Of a DNA stretch of 64,000 nt, positions 49,922 to 61,954 are shown piece by piece (the first letter of the stretch is position 1; each line of letters begins with the position of its first letter). The notes below the pieces were generated by a model. It was not told the origin of the DNA and did not search any database. It worked only from the letters and a program-made list of their open reading frames with translations. This stretch comes from Lytechinus pictus (Eukaryota), in contig NC_087251.1 of the NCBI RefSeq assembly GCF_037042905.1, positions 28,336,001 to 28,400,000 of the forward strand, written 5' to 3'. Position numbers and translations under genes: made by a program.

Positions 49922-50558
49922 CACGTGCATAAAATATTCTATTCGGATAAATTAGATCATTATATAGCAAATAATTTCACCCGGGTATCAAATATCCATA
50001 GGTACGATACTCGAAATAGTAATTTTAATTTCGTATTACCAAAACGTGAAGGACATATTGGAAACACTTTTTATTTTAATGGCATCCAATCTTGGAATGC
50101 TCTTCCTGATAAAATAAAAGCCGTTAAATTCTTTTGTCAATTTAAGAGTGCATTAAAAAATCACCTAAAACTGGAAACTGCCCGAGAACAGCATTACCAG
50201 TAAAATAACACATTTTGTACAGTTGGTTTCTAGTATTGTAGATAATGTATACATTAGGGTATGTTAAAATATAATCTTGTTTTACATATTAGGAAGATTA
50301 TTGTTTGCTTCAGATGTTTGCAAATTATATGACTGATGGATATGTTTGTATGTATTTTATTTTTTTTCCCCAATATTCCAGTACTTGTCGTAGTTTATAT
50401 TTTTTGTTACAATATGTTAATGTTTTATACTAACTATAGGACCCCATTGGAAATAAGCCTTTCGGCTTTCATGGGCTATCCTGTCAAGGTATTTCCTCAA
50501 TTTCATTGTAATCTCCTGTGATATTCTTGACGAATAAAATCAATCAATCAATCAATCA
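49922..50558 (+). mobile_element. 5'-truncated LINE (CR1/L2/Crack type): ORF2 C-terminus, 3' UTR and tail
   Basis: HRYDTRNSNFNFVLP...TFYFNGIQSWNALPDKIK...FKSALKNHL; AATAAA followed by an (ATCA)n tail at 50533-50558. Confidence 0.85.
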
Positions 50559-51239
50559 TAAGTATTTTGATACTACTGACCAGGATCAAACTCCCAACCT
50601 CCATCCTATTCCCAAAGTGGGTGCTGAAACCACAGCCATGAACCATCATGAGAACATTATTTGCATGTAAACTCAAATTGTAAGTGACTGTCCAGTAATC
50701 CTGTTATCTCTTTACATTTAAAAAGCTTCAGTCACTTGTAGAAATAAGATGAATTTGTGGTTAGACAGGAACAGAAGAATTAAACAAGTGTTTGAGAAAC
50801 AGTTTGTAAACATTGCAAGAATCTTAAAGAGACTCTATTTTACTGTCATGTTTGTAGTAGAGATAAGCATTAGTAGTAAGAAGTTATGGCTTGTTGGTAA
50901 GGAAGAAGGCCTATGACAGTGGTGACTTTTCTTATCATTCCTTTAGCTATCTTTCAAGACTTAGTTTTCACAGTTTTTTTTAATTTTACACAGTTTATGA
51001 TGGTTTATAATATGGCTACCTGCTCTGTTTTGCCATGATTACCCATTTGAAAGTTCATACTATCCTTTGTCTTCGTCGTCCCTGAAGACTGGGTGTATAG
51101 CGGCATTGATTTACATGAATGGTCTTCACATATTCTATAAAATTTTAAGTTCAGATCCTGTAATTATTGGTTGCTGAGGAATCAAAAGCAAGACCACCCT
51201 CTAAACACTTTCCAGACTTCCTGAAGTTGATCTCTCCAT

Positions 51240-51553
51240 GGCCCGTATTCTGAAGTCAGGTTTAACTTAGACCACAGTCTAACTCGGTGCCAAAATTATG
51301 GGGAGCCAAAAGTTAAAAAATTTTGTTTAAATTGTATATTTCTTATGTTTACTATTTCGTTTCCTTTTGCTTTCAGAATGAAGAAAATATACTTCAGTTA
51401 TCATTCCCAGACAATTATGAACAAATTGGGTGTCATATGAGTTAATAAATTTGAATGTGTACTGTTGGGGATTTTTGCTCCAATTGGCTCTCCATAGTTA
51501 AACCACAACTTTAAACCAGGGTTTAATTTAAACCCGAGTTCAGAATACGGGCC
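51240..51553. mobile_element. MITE (Harbinger-like)
   Basis: TIRs GGCCCGTATTCTGAA / TTCAGAATACGGGCC with further subterminal complementarity. Confidence 0.75.
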
Positions 51554-53090
51554 TCTGTATTTTCACTTAAAAGATCTACAAAATTATATTTAATTTGTTT
51601 CATGACTTCTGATTCAAAGGATCAAAGACAACAGATGAAGTTGTGTCTTCAGCTTATAAAAAGATGACCCAATCATTTTCCAGAATGTAATGGAGATAGA
51701 TGGTATCAATTAGAGGCTGTGTATAATGATCTATGATTTTCCCCATGGGTAGCAATTATTCATCAACATAATATTAATTCTGTCTTTGTGAGACTTTTTT
51801 CCTACATTTTGTACCATGGGAATAAATGATGATTTGTCTGTTAAGAAGCATGTTCTAAAAAGAGAGCTTCTTTGTCACCATGGAGACAATTGTTTGGGCT
51901 TCAACTTGAATTGTGTACACAGGAGGCTTTACAAGCTGCTTGTTTGAACAGATTTACAGTGGATATATTCACACCAGCCTCATCGTGAAAATATCTGTAA
52001 ATAAGAATTTGCTCAGGTCTCAAAATACCAGGGCTCATATGAATAAAATCTGAAATAGTCTGATTATATCTTATTACTCCTGCAACAAAACAAAATAGGT
52101 TGATTATTAGGCTTTTACATCTTTTATGAATATGGACCCAAATTCACACCTACATAAATCAGATAAAGTTCTCTTTTTTATCAACCAGTGACAGCACTGT
52201 CATCCCTATAAACAAACTTTTCTTGCCTTATATCAAAATTTCTTGTAAATCCCTATTTTTCACACTCAAATTGGCTACCTTGGATAATTGCTTGCGAGAG
52301 TTCTAATTGTTGAAATCATCCGGATATAACTTGTGTTATTCTCTGTTGGCGTTAGGATTTTACTTTTCTAATTGTTCTTGCATGAGATCTGCATCAGAAG
52401 AAATATAGGTTATTTTTGTAATTGGACAGGTGTGAAACTGAATGCGACTACATCCTGGTTGTCATTAGGCATTCATTCAAATACTAGTTTCATTCTCTAA
52501 GTTTTATTACTTTGGCACTAGTCAATATTGAGTAATGCCTTTTCTTCTACAAAGATGAATATACTTCTGGCAAATATTTAAAAGAGTTAAAGGGGAATCC
52601 AGCCCTGGCCATTTAATGTTGTGATGGGAAGGAGAAAAATGAATTAAACAGAATGGTGAAAGTTTGAAAGAAATCGGACAAGCAATAAGAAAGATATAGC
52701 TGCTTTAAAATTGAGATCACTAATATCGTTAAAGTCAATATATTAATAGCTCATTGACTTCACAAAAAATGATCATGATGGGACCTTTGAGTTTTACTTT
52801 TTATTAGTACACAGAACTGTTACAGCTCGAACTGGGACTTGGTGTGAGCATTATTAAAAAAAAATTGAGCCCTTGAAATAAAATGTTTGAAATTAGCCTC
52901 TTTAAATTCAGTTTGTCTTTATATGCATGACAGTTTGCCTAAGAAAGATGAAGTGGTTCTTTATATAATGGAGTGTCATGAATGATATACGGTATAACTT
53001 CCCTGTCAATGCCATAAATTACAGCTCTGAAAATTGATGGAATGTATGCAAGCCAGATTAAAATCAGAGGGCCTATTTTGCTATATCTAT

Positions 53091-53245
53091 AGGTGGTTTC
53101 AGACCGCCTCGAAGTTCGCCAGTTCCAGGTATTCTCTGATCGGGAAATTTACCCCGATCAGAAAATACCAGGTATTTTGGCGGTGTGAAAGCAAACTACG
53201 CGTAATATCCCCGAAAGAAAATACCCGATAAATAGTAGGTACTTG
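53091..53245. mobile_element. Truncated copy of the 41484-family MITE
   Basis: Begins AGGTGGTTTCAGACCGCCTCG and stops at AGTAGGTACTTG; inverted relative to the adjacent full copy. Confidence 0.85.
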
Positions 53246-53302
53246 TAATGGCTCTATTATAAGATCAGTAATGGCCTGGTGGTAGAGTCACTGAGTGACA
53301 AA

Positions 53303-53778
53303 AGGCGGTTTCAAACCGCCTCGATCACAAGAATCCTAGTTAAATTACGAGAACATTTTTAGGCTAAAAAATACCCATTAATTATTCCTGCATTCACACC
53401 GCCCCGAAACATACCCTTCGGGATAAATTCCTGAAGTTAGGAGCATGCGCAGTATGGTCTAATAAGCAGGCAAGGCGCGAGATTCAAAACCACTAGCCCA
53501 GCAGCCACCCACGGCGCCCGCGCCCAACGACACGCTGGGCTAAAAGTTCCCGTAAATTGCTTTCACATTGCCAAAATACCTGCGACCTTGGAAAAATCCC
53601 CGCGAAAGTTCTCGTAATTTCGCCAAGTACCTACTATTTAGTGGGTATTTTCTTTCGGGGAAATTACGCGTAGTTTGCTTTCACATTACCAAAATACCTG
53701 GTATTTTCTGATCGGGGTAAATTTCCCGATCAGAGAATACCTGGAACTGACGAACTTCGAGGCGGTCTGAAACCACCT
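53303..53778. mobile_element. Full copy of the 41484-family MITE, opposite orientation
   Basis: AGGCGGTTTCAAACCGCCTC ... GAGGCGGTCTGAAACCACCT; near-identical to the reverse complement of 41484-41916. Confidence 0.9.
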
Positions 53779-55250
53779 AATCTGTAGATGATGGATTTAA
53801 ATCCTGCTGGTTCCAATATTATTTCTGATTTATTTTTCTGATCAAAATCATCATATATGTGGTCTTAGTCAGTGGGTGATAGCCCAAAATATCTGTATAT
53901 TATCACAATTATAGACATGTCTGTCAATGAAACCTTGCAATATTTCTAGGTCTATCATTTAGATATATACTATTGCCATCTTGAAGATGCAATCCAAGCC
54001 ATATATATATACGTTCACAAATTTGTAATTTTTTAGTAATAAGCATGTTCAGGCAATATTATTACAACCACGGCTAAACAAACTTTGACTGTTATACCTG
54101 GAGTATATCATAGTCATGTTCAAACATTATTGGCAAGTCCAAACAATCCATCATAATAATGACTCCTACAGCCATGATCCATCATACATGTAGCTAAGTG
54201 CAAATAAGAGAAAATAGCATACAGTGCATGAGTCAGTGGTGTATATTATAGATAATATTTATAGAAATGTGCCTGTATTAGGCAGTTTCTAAATTATAGA
54301 TAACTTTTATTTGAGAATAATTAGTTTCTTGTAGGGTAGAATAATATCTGTTGTGCGTTGTTAGTCCATTTTGCTTTGTACATGTGTAGACTTCATGTAA
54401 TTGCAAGCTTGGACTAAAATGTGGTGTTTCTAAGGTGTAAATATTTATTTAATTTGTTTACATTCACAATAAAAAAATGTTATCTGTTTTGCAATATTTA
54501 TTATGTTTGTTATTGATGTTCGGTATATCTTTATTGGTCCCTCATTCTCATAAATATGTTTTTCTATGCTGTGATAATGTTTACTTATGTAAATTATACA
54601 TATATTTTCATGTTTTTTTTATTGAGAATGTAAATAAATTAAATTGAATATTATCACTCTATTTAATTTGCTATCAGGTTCTTGTGATTATTATTCTCAT
54701 TTAGTTTAATAAATATACATTGTTTCATCATTTAAGCTCACATGACTATAAGATTGCTCTTGATGCTAAACTTTAACATTTATTACTTATTGGGGTACGG
54801 TAAACAATAGACATTTCTCTGAATCTGAAAGGTCAGGTATATATAGGTCCATGGACATATACTATATACCTTATAATGTCAAGCATACTAGAACACATGG
54901 ATGTGCTGAAATTGGAAGGTCATGGTGAGAAAAAATGGCAATGTTCCGAGCACCCAGCCTCAACGGCACATTTGATGCGTGAGGTACGCGCAATGTCTTT
55001 GTGTGGTATACAATGGGGCAGATGGTTGATTGGGACTCCCTGTGTGCGTATTAAAGGATGAATGCAACCAATTGATGCAGGCACCTTCCAGGGGGTGTGG
55101 TTGGATATTAATTCATCAATTGGATTGATAATACTTAGGCCATAAATCTTTATGCAGCAATTCACTGGAAATTTGCATGTACTGTAGGAGATAGGCTGTT
55201 AGCCTGTATAGAATATGCAATATTTATATACAAAGCGTAATCCATATATA

Positions 55251-57321
55251 CACAACAAAAAAAGTAAGTCCCCCCTAAATCAAATTGCTGTAACTTTTGA
55301 GCGGAATTATTTCGAGATATGATATTTCGTAGGTGGTTTTGTACACTCATTAAACAACTCCTGATGAAAAATGAGATTGATCGGTTGAGTCATACATGAG
55401 TAATTAAAGATTGAATTGAAAATGACCATTTTTGAAAGTCACAAGAGTCGTTTTTCAGATTGTGCAAATACAAAGTTGGGCAAAAGTTGTTTTTAGGTGA
55501 ATTTTATGGTGTTATGCTGTTTTACTATCCATCATTTAGCCACTCCACACACAATTTTGATATCGTATGTTCATAGTTGAATGAGCACAATGTATTGCAG
55601 GGGCCACGGAAGCGGGGGGGGGGCTGGGGCGGGAGGGCTTCAGCCTCAAGCATGTACAAAAATGTAAAAATTACCATACGATTGTGATTTTTTGCATGGT
55701 CAGCCCCCCACTTTTGGCTCAGTCCCCCCCCCTTTGAAAACCATTCCGCGGCCCCTGTATTGTGACGTATCATCATAGGGGTTTATGGTAGTATCTCTAC
55801 AACTTGTTAGATCATGTTAAAATTTGAAAATGTTGGTGGCTCCCCCGATTATAGGCCCCTCCCCCATTTTAACATTCTGGGTCCACCACTGATTTGTCCA
55901 TAAGTTAAACTGATCATGAGAAATTGTTAGGAAAAGAATACATTTATGCAGTGTAAAGAGTATTCATTCCGAATGTGCTCGCTCAACCATGAAAATGTTT
56001 TAAGTTCGGAAAGTGTGTGGTGATAGAAATGATGGATGATAAAAACAACAGCAATTAAAGTCACATTTGAAACCGAATTTGCCCCCAATATTCACTTTAT
56101 TACCCTTTAAAATGAGTCTGTGACGTTGAAAATAAAAATTTTTCCCACTTTGATGCGTGCTCACTCATCCATGAATAAACAAATCGATTTCATTTTTGCA
56201 CAGAATTCTGCCCATAGGTTGATAAACATTACTGCCAAATTACATTGCTAAAGACAGCCTTGGAAAAAAGTTCCACTATATTGAATAAGGGGTTACTTAT
56301 TCTTAAACATATGCACCCATAATGTACACAAGTCTATGAGAGAGGAAGTCAAAATTTTAACAAATATGAAATGAGGGTTTGTTTCATGGACGGTTTTTGT
56401 TACTTCTGCCAACAGTTATTTCATGAAACTTCGCACATGGCTTTAGAGTAACACTATCCAAAAGGCGCGTACACCAAAATAACCATTCGATACGGCACAG
56501 AGTGGGGCCAAGTCCTTTACCTTTCTTCTCATTTGCATAATTTTCGAATATTGTGTGCCCACTGATGCATTAAACATCAGGATTTTCATAAAAATCTAAT
56601 CAAATGAACTATGCAAGGAGGTTTGTGACAGATATCCATAGTTACAAATTGCATTTTTTCCAATAACGTAAAAAAGAGCTGATCACATTCCACATGTTCA
56701 TTCAAGCGTGAATGTTTAATTAAACGCCTTTGAATCATTGAAGCATGTTAATTGGTCATGAACATTACGAAAAAGTTGAGGAAAGATCATTTCAGTTACC
56801 AAAATGAAATAATACTTGTCTATGATATTTGAAAATCATATTTTTTGTTTTCAATAAATGTTTATTGAACCATGAAATTATGAATATTGTTGAAGATACT
56901 CTTCCCAGAAATAACTGTCATCATATTCTATCATTTTTATTGATAGAAATGTGTAAAAAATCTAATTATAGCAAATTTGGACTTGTGTTTATTCAACCAT
57001 GAAATTTAGCCAAAAAAGTTGTATCGTCTTTTAGAAAGTACCTTTTACAAGCCTTCTGACTATTTTTCATGATGAGAATGTGGAATTAGTTCCAATAAAA
57101 TGGAATCAAATTCATGATATTTGGCTTGTGACTTTTGAAAAGTGACATTTTTGCCTTCTGACGGTGCTCACTGAAGCATGACGTAAAATACATCCAAAAC
57201 ATTTACTCAGAGGGTAGCTTATAAAATTACCTACATGCTCATGTAAAAATATATTAAAAACTAGCATTGGTTCGGAAATTATGGATGTTTGTTTGAGGGG
57301 GGACTTACTTTTTTTGTTGTG
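55251..57321. mobile_element. 2.1-kb non-autonomous TIR element in a TA-rich target
   Basis: TIRs CACAACAAAAAAAGTAAGTCCCCCC / GGGGGGACTTACTTTTTTTGTTGTG flanked by TATATA on both sides; no coding capacity recognised. Confidence 0.8.
55598..55757. mobile_element. GC-rich MITE nested in 55251-57321
   Basis: TIRs CAGGGGCCACGGAA / TTCCGCGGCCCCTG; TATTG repeated on both flanks; relatives at 1922-2129 and ~20393-20542. Confidence 0.75.
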
Positions 57322-58153
57322 TATATATGATTACTTTAATGATAATATTGTGGGGCTTAAATCAATTGAAGGCCATTAAGTCTATGGCCTTGGATGTCAA
57401 ATTTGTTAGCGTGAATGGCCCTTTAATTGGCTTTTGGTATTTAGTTCCCTGCTGAATTTTCTTCTTTGCGCTGTAAAATAGAAATGTGCCCCTTCTAGAA
57501 ACCTATGGCTTTGCCTAGACAAAATATTGTGATTTAAGGCTTGATATTGGTAAGGAGCATTATTTCAGACCTCAAATTGTGGAGATATAGGCCTACAGTT
57601 TGATGTTCTATTATTTATTACTATTACATGACTCAGTACAATTGCTTATTACTTAGTAGTAGATATGTGGCGTGTAAACATAGACCGAACACTCAATGTC
57701 CAATGTACAATGTTGTAAAAAGAGAAATGGTATGATATCAACACTCTTTATTTATTACCCATTTATTGCATTTCTATTTATACTCGTTATTTCATCCACT
57801 CTAATGTTTGAATGAAGCCCTGCATTTAAAGTAATTATAATGCCTGAATAAGCCATGTGAATGAGGCAAATAAGCAATTATATTGGGTAAACTGTAATAA
57901 TTACTGACCATCCTACATTATTTTAAGTGATTTCCATTAGTGCTGAACCAATATTCAATGTTGAATGCAATACCTGAAGGATGTAACTTGCTTCTTTAAT
58001 TATTCAAAAAAACAAATCAACAATTTAATGTGTATGTGATTTTGTACCTTTCCCAAAGTATACAATTTAATCAGACAACCACATTTAGGATAAGTTGCCC
58101 CTCAGTAATAATAGTTCACATCAGATAAGGTGACAGACATGTAGGTTTACAAT

Positions 58154-58930
58154 AGATTCCAATTCTCGCTACCCCAAATAGGAACAAAAATCTCATAATG
58201 CGCGAGACGAGATAATTTTCACTCCGTTGGGTCGTCAATACCACTTCCGGTTCAGAGTCATGCTCGCGCGAGGTTCGCGATCACTGAGGAGAGAGATCAG
58301 TGTTCGCGATACTGAGTTTTCCACCACGCTGAAAGGATGCCAATCAGCGTAGTATGTACAGATTATAATACTTTTTATTTAATTTGGTCAGTTTTTATTC
58401 CATTTGAATTATAAATAAAAAATATATTTCACGTGAAAATAATTTTTATTCATGTTTTTTTTTTATAAAAAAATTTAACAAAAAATGAATATCTTAAAAT
58501 TTTGCATTTAGCGACCGGCCTGACATCACGATCGTATTCCACTAGACGCTAAATATATACAGCATTCATTCCGTTCAATTTTTCGTCGACCACAAAATGG
58601 AAAAAAAATCAGTTTCGGAACTTAAAAAAATCTTAACTGACAGAGGTATACCGTGCAATGGAAAGCGTCAGGCAGAATTAGTGACTTTAGCCGAAAAGGC
58701 CGTTAAACTGTATCGTGAAAGAGAGGGTTGTGATCACGAACTTTCCGAGCGAAAGCGACGTTGTGTTGTTGTGCATGACGGCACTGTTGATCTGAATGGC
58801 AAAACAGTGCATTGGACTTCCGAACAGGAAGTTGTAATACCGAAAAGCTATCCCATAATGCAATGCGCGTTACAGGGATTTTCCCCGATCTCGGCGAAAT
58901 CGCTATTTGGGGTAGCGAGAATTAACATCC
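58154..58930 (+). mobile_element. 777-bp internally deleted TIR element (PHIS/ISL2EU-like) carrying a SAP-domain ORF start
   Basis: Perfect 21-bp inverted core AATTCTCGCTACCCCAAATAG (58161-58181, 58903-58923); AAT on both flanks (58151-58153, 58931-58933); CpG-rich interior. Confidence 0.75.
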
Positions 58931-58947
58931 AATGCAATTCTTTGTGA
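58597..58947 (+). pseudogene. Truncated SAP-domain ORF; C-terminus reads through the right TIR
   Basis: KSVSELKKILTDRGIPCNGKRQAELVTLA fits the SAP consensus (V.ELK..L..RGL...G.K..LV..L); start context AAAATGG. Confidence 0.65.
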
Positions 58948-59804
58948 CCAGACTTTGTATTACTTTTTATAGTATGATCAATAATCAAATGTATTCAAAG
59001 CCAACATCTTTTTAAAAGAGAAAACCAATAAATTATTCACATCAATATTTTGATGCACACTTTTATGGTGGGAATTTCCCACCTGTTGTGTTGTCTGTAA
59101 CCTAAAGAGAACAGTTTGTACAGGTACTTCTCCTGTCTGCATTTGCTTTAGTGACAATACCTCCTGTCTAAGTTTTGTGGAAAACCATCTTTTTGTTAAA
59201 ATCACAAGATAATCTATCACATCTCAGCTCTTTGTCTGGAAAATGAAGCTGCCCTGTGAAATTGGACAATGTAGTGTACCATTGGATACAACGTTGTAAT
59301 GTTGGCCATGATATGTTTTCAGTTTTAACCCTTAGTTTCTAAACATCGTACTTCTTGAGATACAAAGTTTTGTTCCTTGTTCTTCTTTTAATTACTTGAT
59401 AATCTATCAAATTATATCCTGCCCACATTTTGCTCTATTCCACTGCAAAGAGAAGAGTACCATGTTGAAATAGTTTTACTCTTATTTTTGCAAAGTTCTA
59501 TTTGTTTTGTTTATCTTTCATTTTCTGAGAATTTGATATCTTTTGAGATAGGAGGTTTGGCATTTCAAGCTGTTGATGTATTCATACAAAGGTATAGTTT
59601 GTCAATGGAACAACCAGATGCCTCTTCTGAAATTAGAATGAAAACCTTGAAATAACTAGAATAATGTTTATGATGTGCTGTCTATTCACATAGAGGGCAG
59701 CAGAGCATATCTCTTTCATATTGGCACAGCCTTCCTTCCTTGAGACATTGACTATACTCCTAGTCTAGAATCACAGACTCAATATTGACATTTTACGAGT
59801 GTGG

Positions 59805-60021
59805 CAGTGACGTAATGAGCCAAATATTTTGGAGGGGCAAGATAGGGTGTATCAGGAAAAATTTATAAAAAGTTGCGAGTGAGCAAAATTTTGACATTTT
59901 CGTTCCAAAAATCAAATTTTGTGATAGATTTTTACATACTGATTTTTTCCAGAAATAATGTCATTTTTTGCCCTTATCTCTTTCCTTTTCTTTTCTTTTT
60001 TTTTGGTCAAGTATGCCACTG
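59805..60021. mobile_element. Degenerate hAT-like MITE
   Basis: CAGTGACGTA / TATGCCACTG; flanks GAGTGTGG / GAGTGTAC. Confidence 0.55.
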
Positions 60022-60314
60022 GAGTGTACAGTGTAGTATGATGAAAAAAGTTTGACTTTTGCTTTGATGTCTGTATCATTGACATAATAGGCCCTGTCTT
60101 CTTCATCTCATTTAGATATATCTAAACTTTTTTAGAAGTTGAAATGAAGGATTTTCTTTTTTCTGATTATGAAAATAACATTCTGAGTTTCTACACTCTT
60201 GCTGTAACATTTTATGGACTCATGATAAGTGACTGGTCTTTATATGGTGTAAGTACGAATAAAATCTATTTTTGAGTCTGTTGACATGCAACCAAAGCTG
60301 ATATTTATCTTTAA

Positions 60315-60806
60315 AGGGGAAGTTGACAAAACAGTTTATTGTAAAAATAGCAGAAAAAATAATAAAAGATGTTGGCGAAGGTTTAAGGAAAATCCATCAA
60401 AGAATATAGAAGTTATTAGAGTTTTAATAATTTGATTTGTGACGTCATATGTGAGAAGCTTCCCTACATATCGTATGGTAGAAAATCAATAAAATTTCAT
60501 TTTCTCAGAAAATCGAAAATGGTTTTTACTGCACCTTCAACAGACAAATCATTTCACACCCGTTCCTAAAAAGAAAACATGAATATGTCATCACGAACCA
60601 TCAAAAAATTAAAATTATGCATTTTATATTACCGGTACATAACATATGGGACAGCTGCTTGTTTATGACGTCACAAATTCTAAATTTACAAATCTAATAA
60701 ATTTCTTAATCTTTAATGGATTTTCCTCAAACCTTCACCAATTTTTTTCAAATACAATTTTTCTGCTATTTTTACAACAAACATTTCTTCAGGGTGAACT
60801 TCCCCT
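60315..60806. mobile_element. TTAA-targeting MITE (Kolobok-like)
   Basis: TIRs AGGGGAAGTT / AACTTCCCCT plus long subterminal complementarity; TTAA on both sides. Confidence 0.85.
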
Positions 60807-61608
60807 TTAAATACTATCTTGTACCTCTGTATGTGAAAATGGAAATGGTGTGGGAGGGTGATTTAGGATAGAGTGGGGAGATGAAAATGTCATTGATGTA
60901 TGCCTATTGCTGTCACCTGTCAGCTCCATGTAAATAGGCAAATTGTCAGCATCTGAAGTTCATAATTTGTGGACCTTTAGTTTTAGTAGTTTTTGGGTCA
61001 ACATATCAATCTATTTAGAGTTTCACTGAATATGAAAGTGGGAGTCCTATTCCATATGTAGTGATGAGAGGTTTTAAATTTCTAAGATATGAAAATATTT
61101 TCAACACAAGAACACTATCCAATACATTATCAAAATATCCACTCTCCATTGGAAATGTGTACTTTCACAAAGCAATACGATGACTTAGCACATTTAATGT
61201 GCAAATCAGTTTTGTAATGTGCCATCGGTGACAAGACGCTTCGGATGACCGCAGGTAAAACCCTTGGTAAATTTGGGTAAATTTTGGTATGGAGTGTCTG
61301 ATGAATCTGTTCCAATTCATTAGTACACTATACAAATACCTATGTCCTAACACTTGTGGTACTGATGATTTTTCAATTCAATTTCAATTAATTGTATTTT
61401 CAATTTCAGATAATGAACATAACAACAAACAATACATAATATACAAAGCAGAATAAATGCTATAATAGATACTTCAGTTACAAATAATATTGTAGGAAAG
61501 TGGTTGGTAAATGAATAAGTCATTGTTTTAATACTCATTTTGATAGTGAACTAATTACAGGTTATAAGTAACATATGAAAATGAAAATAAGGGACCAATT
61601 TGTCCAAT

Positions 61609-61954
61609 TGCCAACTCGTCTACTATCATTTGGTCCACCACCCGTTCGTCCACTCACCACATGGTCTACTTTCATTTAGTGTAATGCCACTTCATCTAAT
61701 AACCAGTTGGTCCAATAGCCATTTAGTCCATATACCATTTGGTCTATATAATTAAACTAAAGTGTTAATTGTGCAAAATGAACGAAAAGAAAATGGGCAT
61801 TAGACCAACTGGTAATTAGACAAAATGGTAAAAGACGAACTGGTGATTAGATAAAGTGATGATTGGACCAAATGGTTGTTAGACGAAATGTTGATGGACG
61901 GAATGGCATTAGACTCAATGAACTTAGACTATGTGGTGAGTGGACGAGTTGGCA
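61609..61954. repeat. Fold-back element with internally repetitive arms
   Basis: TGCCAACTCGTCTACT / AGTGGACGAGTTGGCA; arms built of short GGTCCA/GTCTA-type subrepeats and their complements. Confidence 0.65.

Noticed and set aside
49925..50203. 92-aa ORF as a host gene
   Set aside because: Matches the C-terminus of LINE ORF2 and is followed by a LINE tail.
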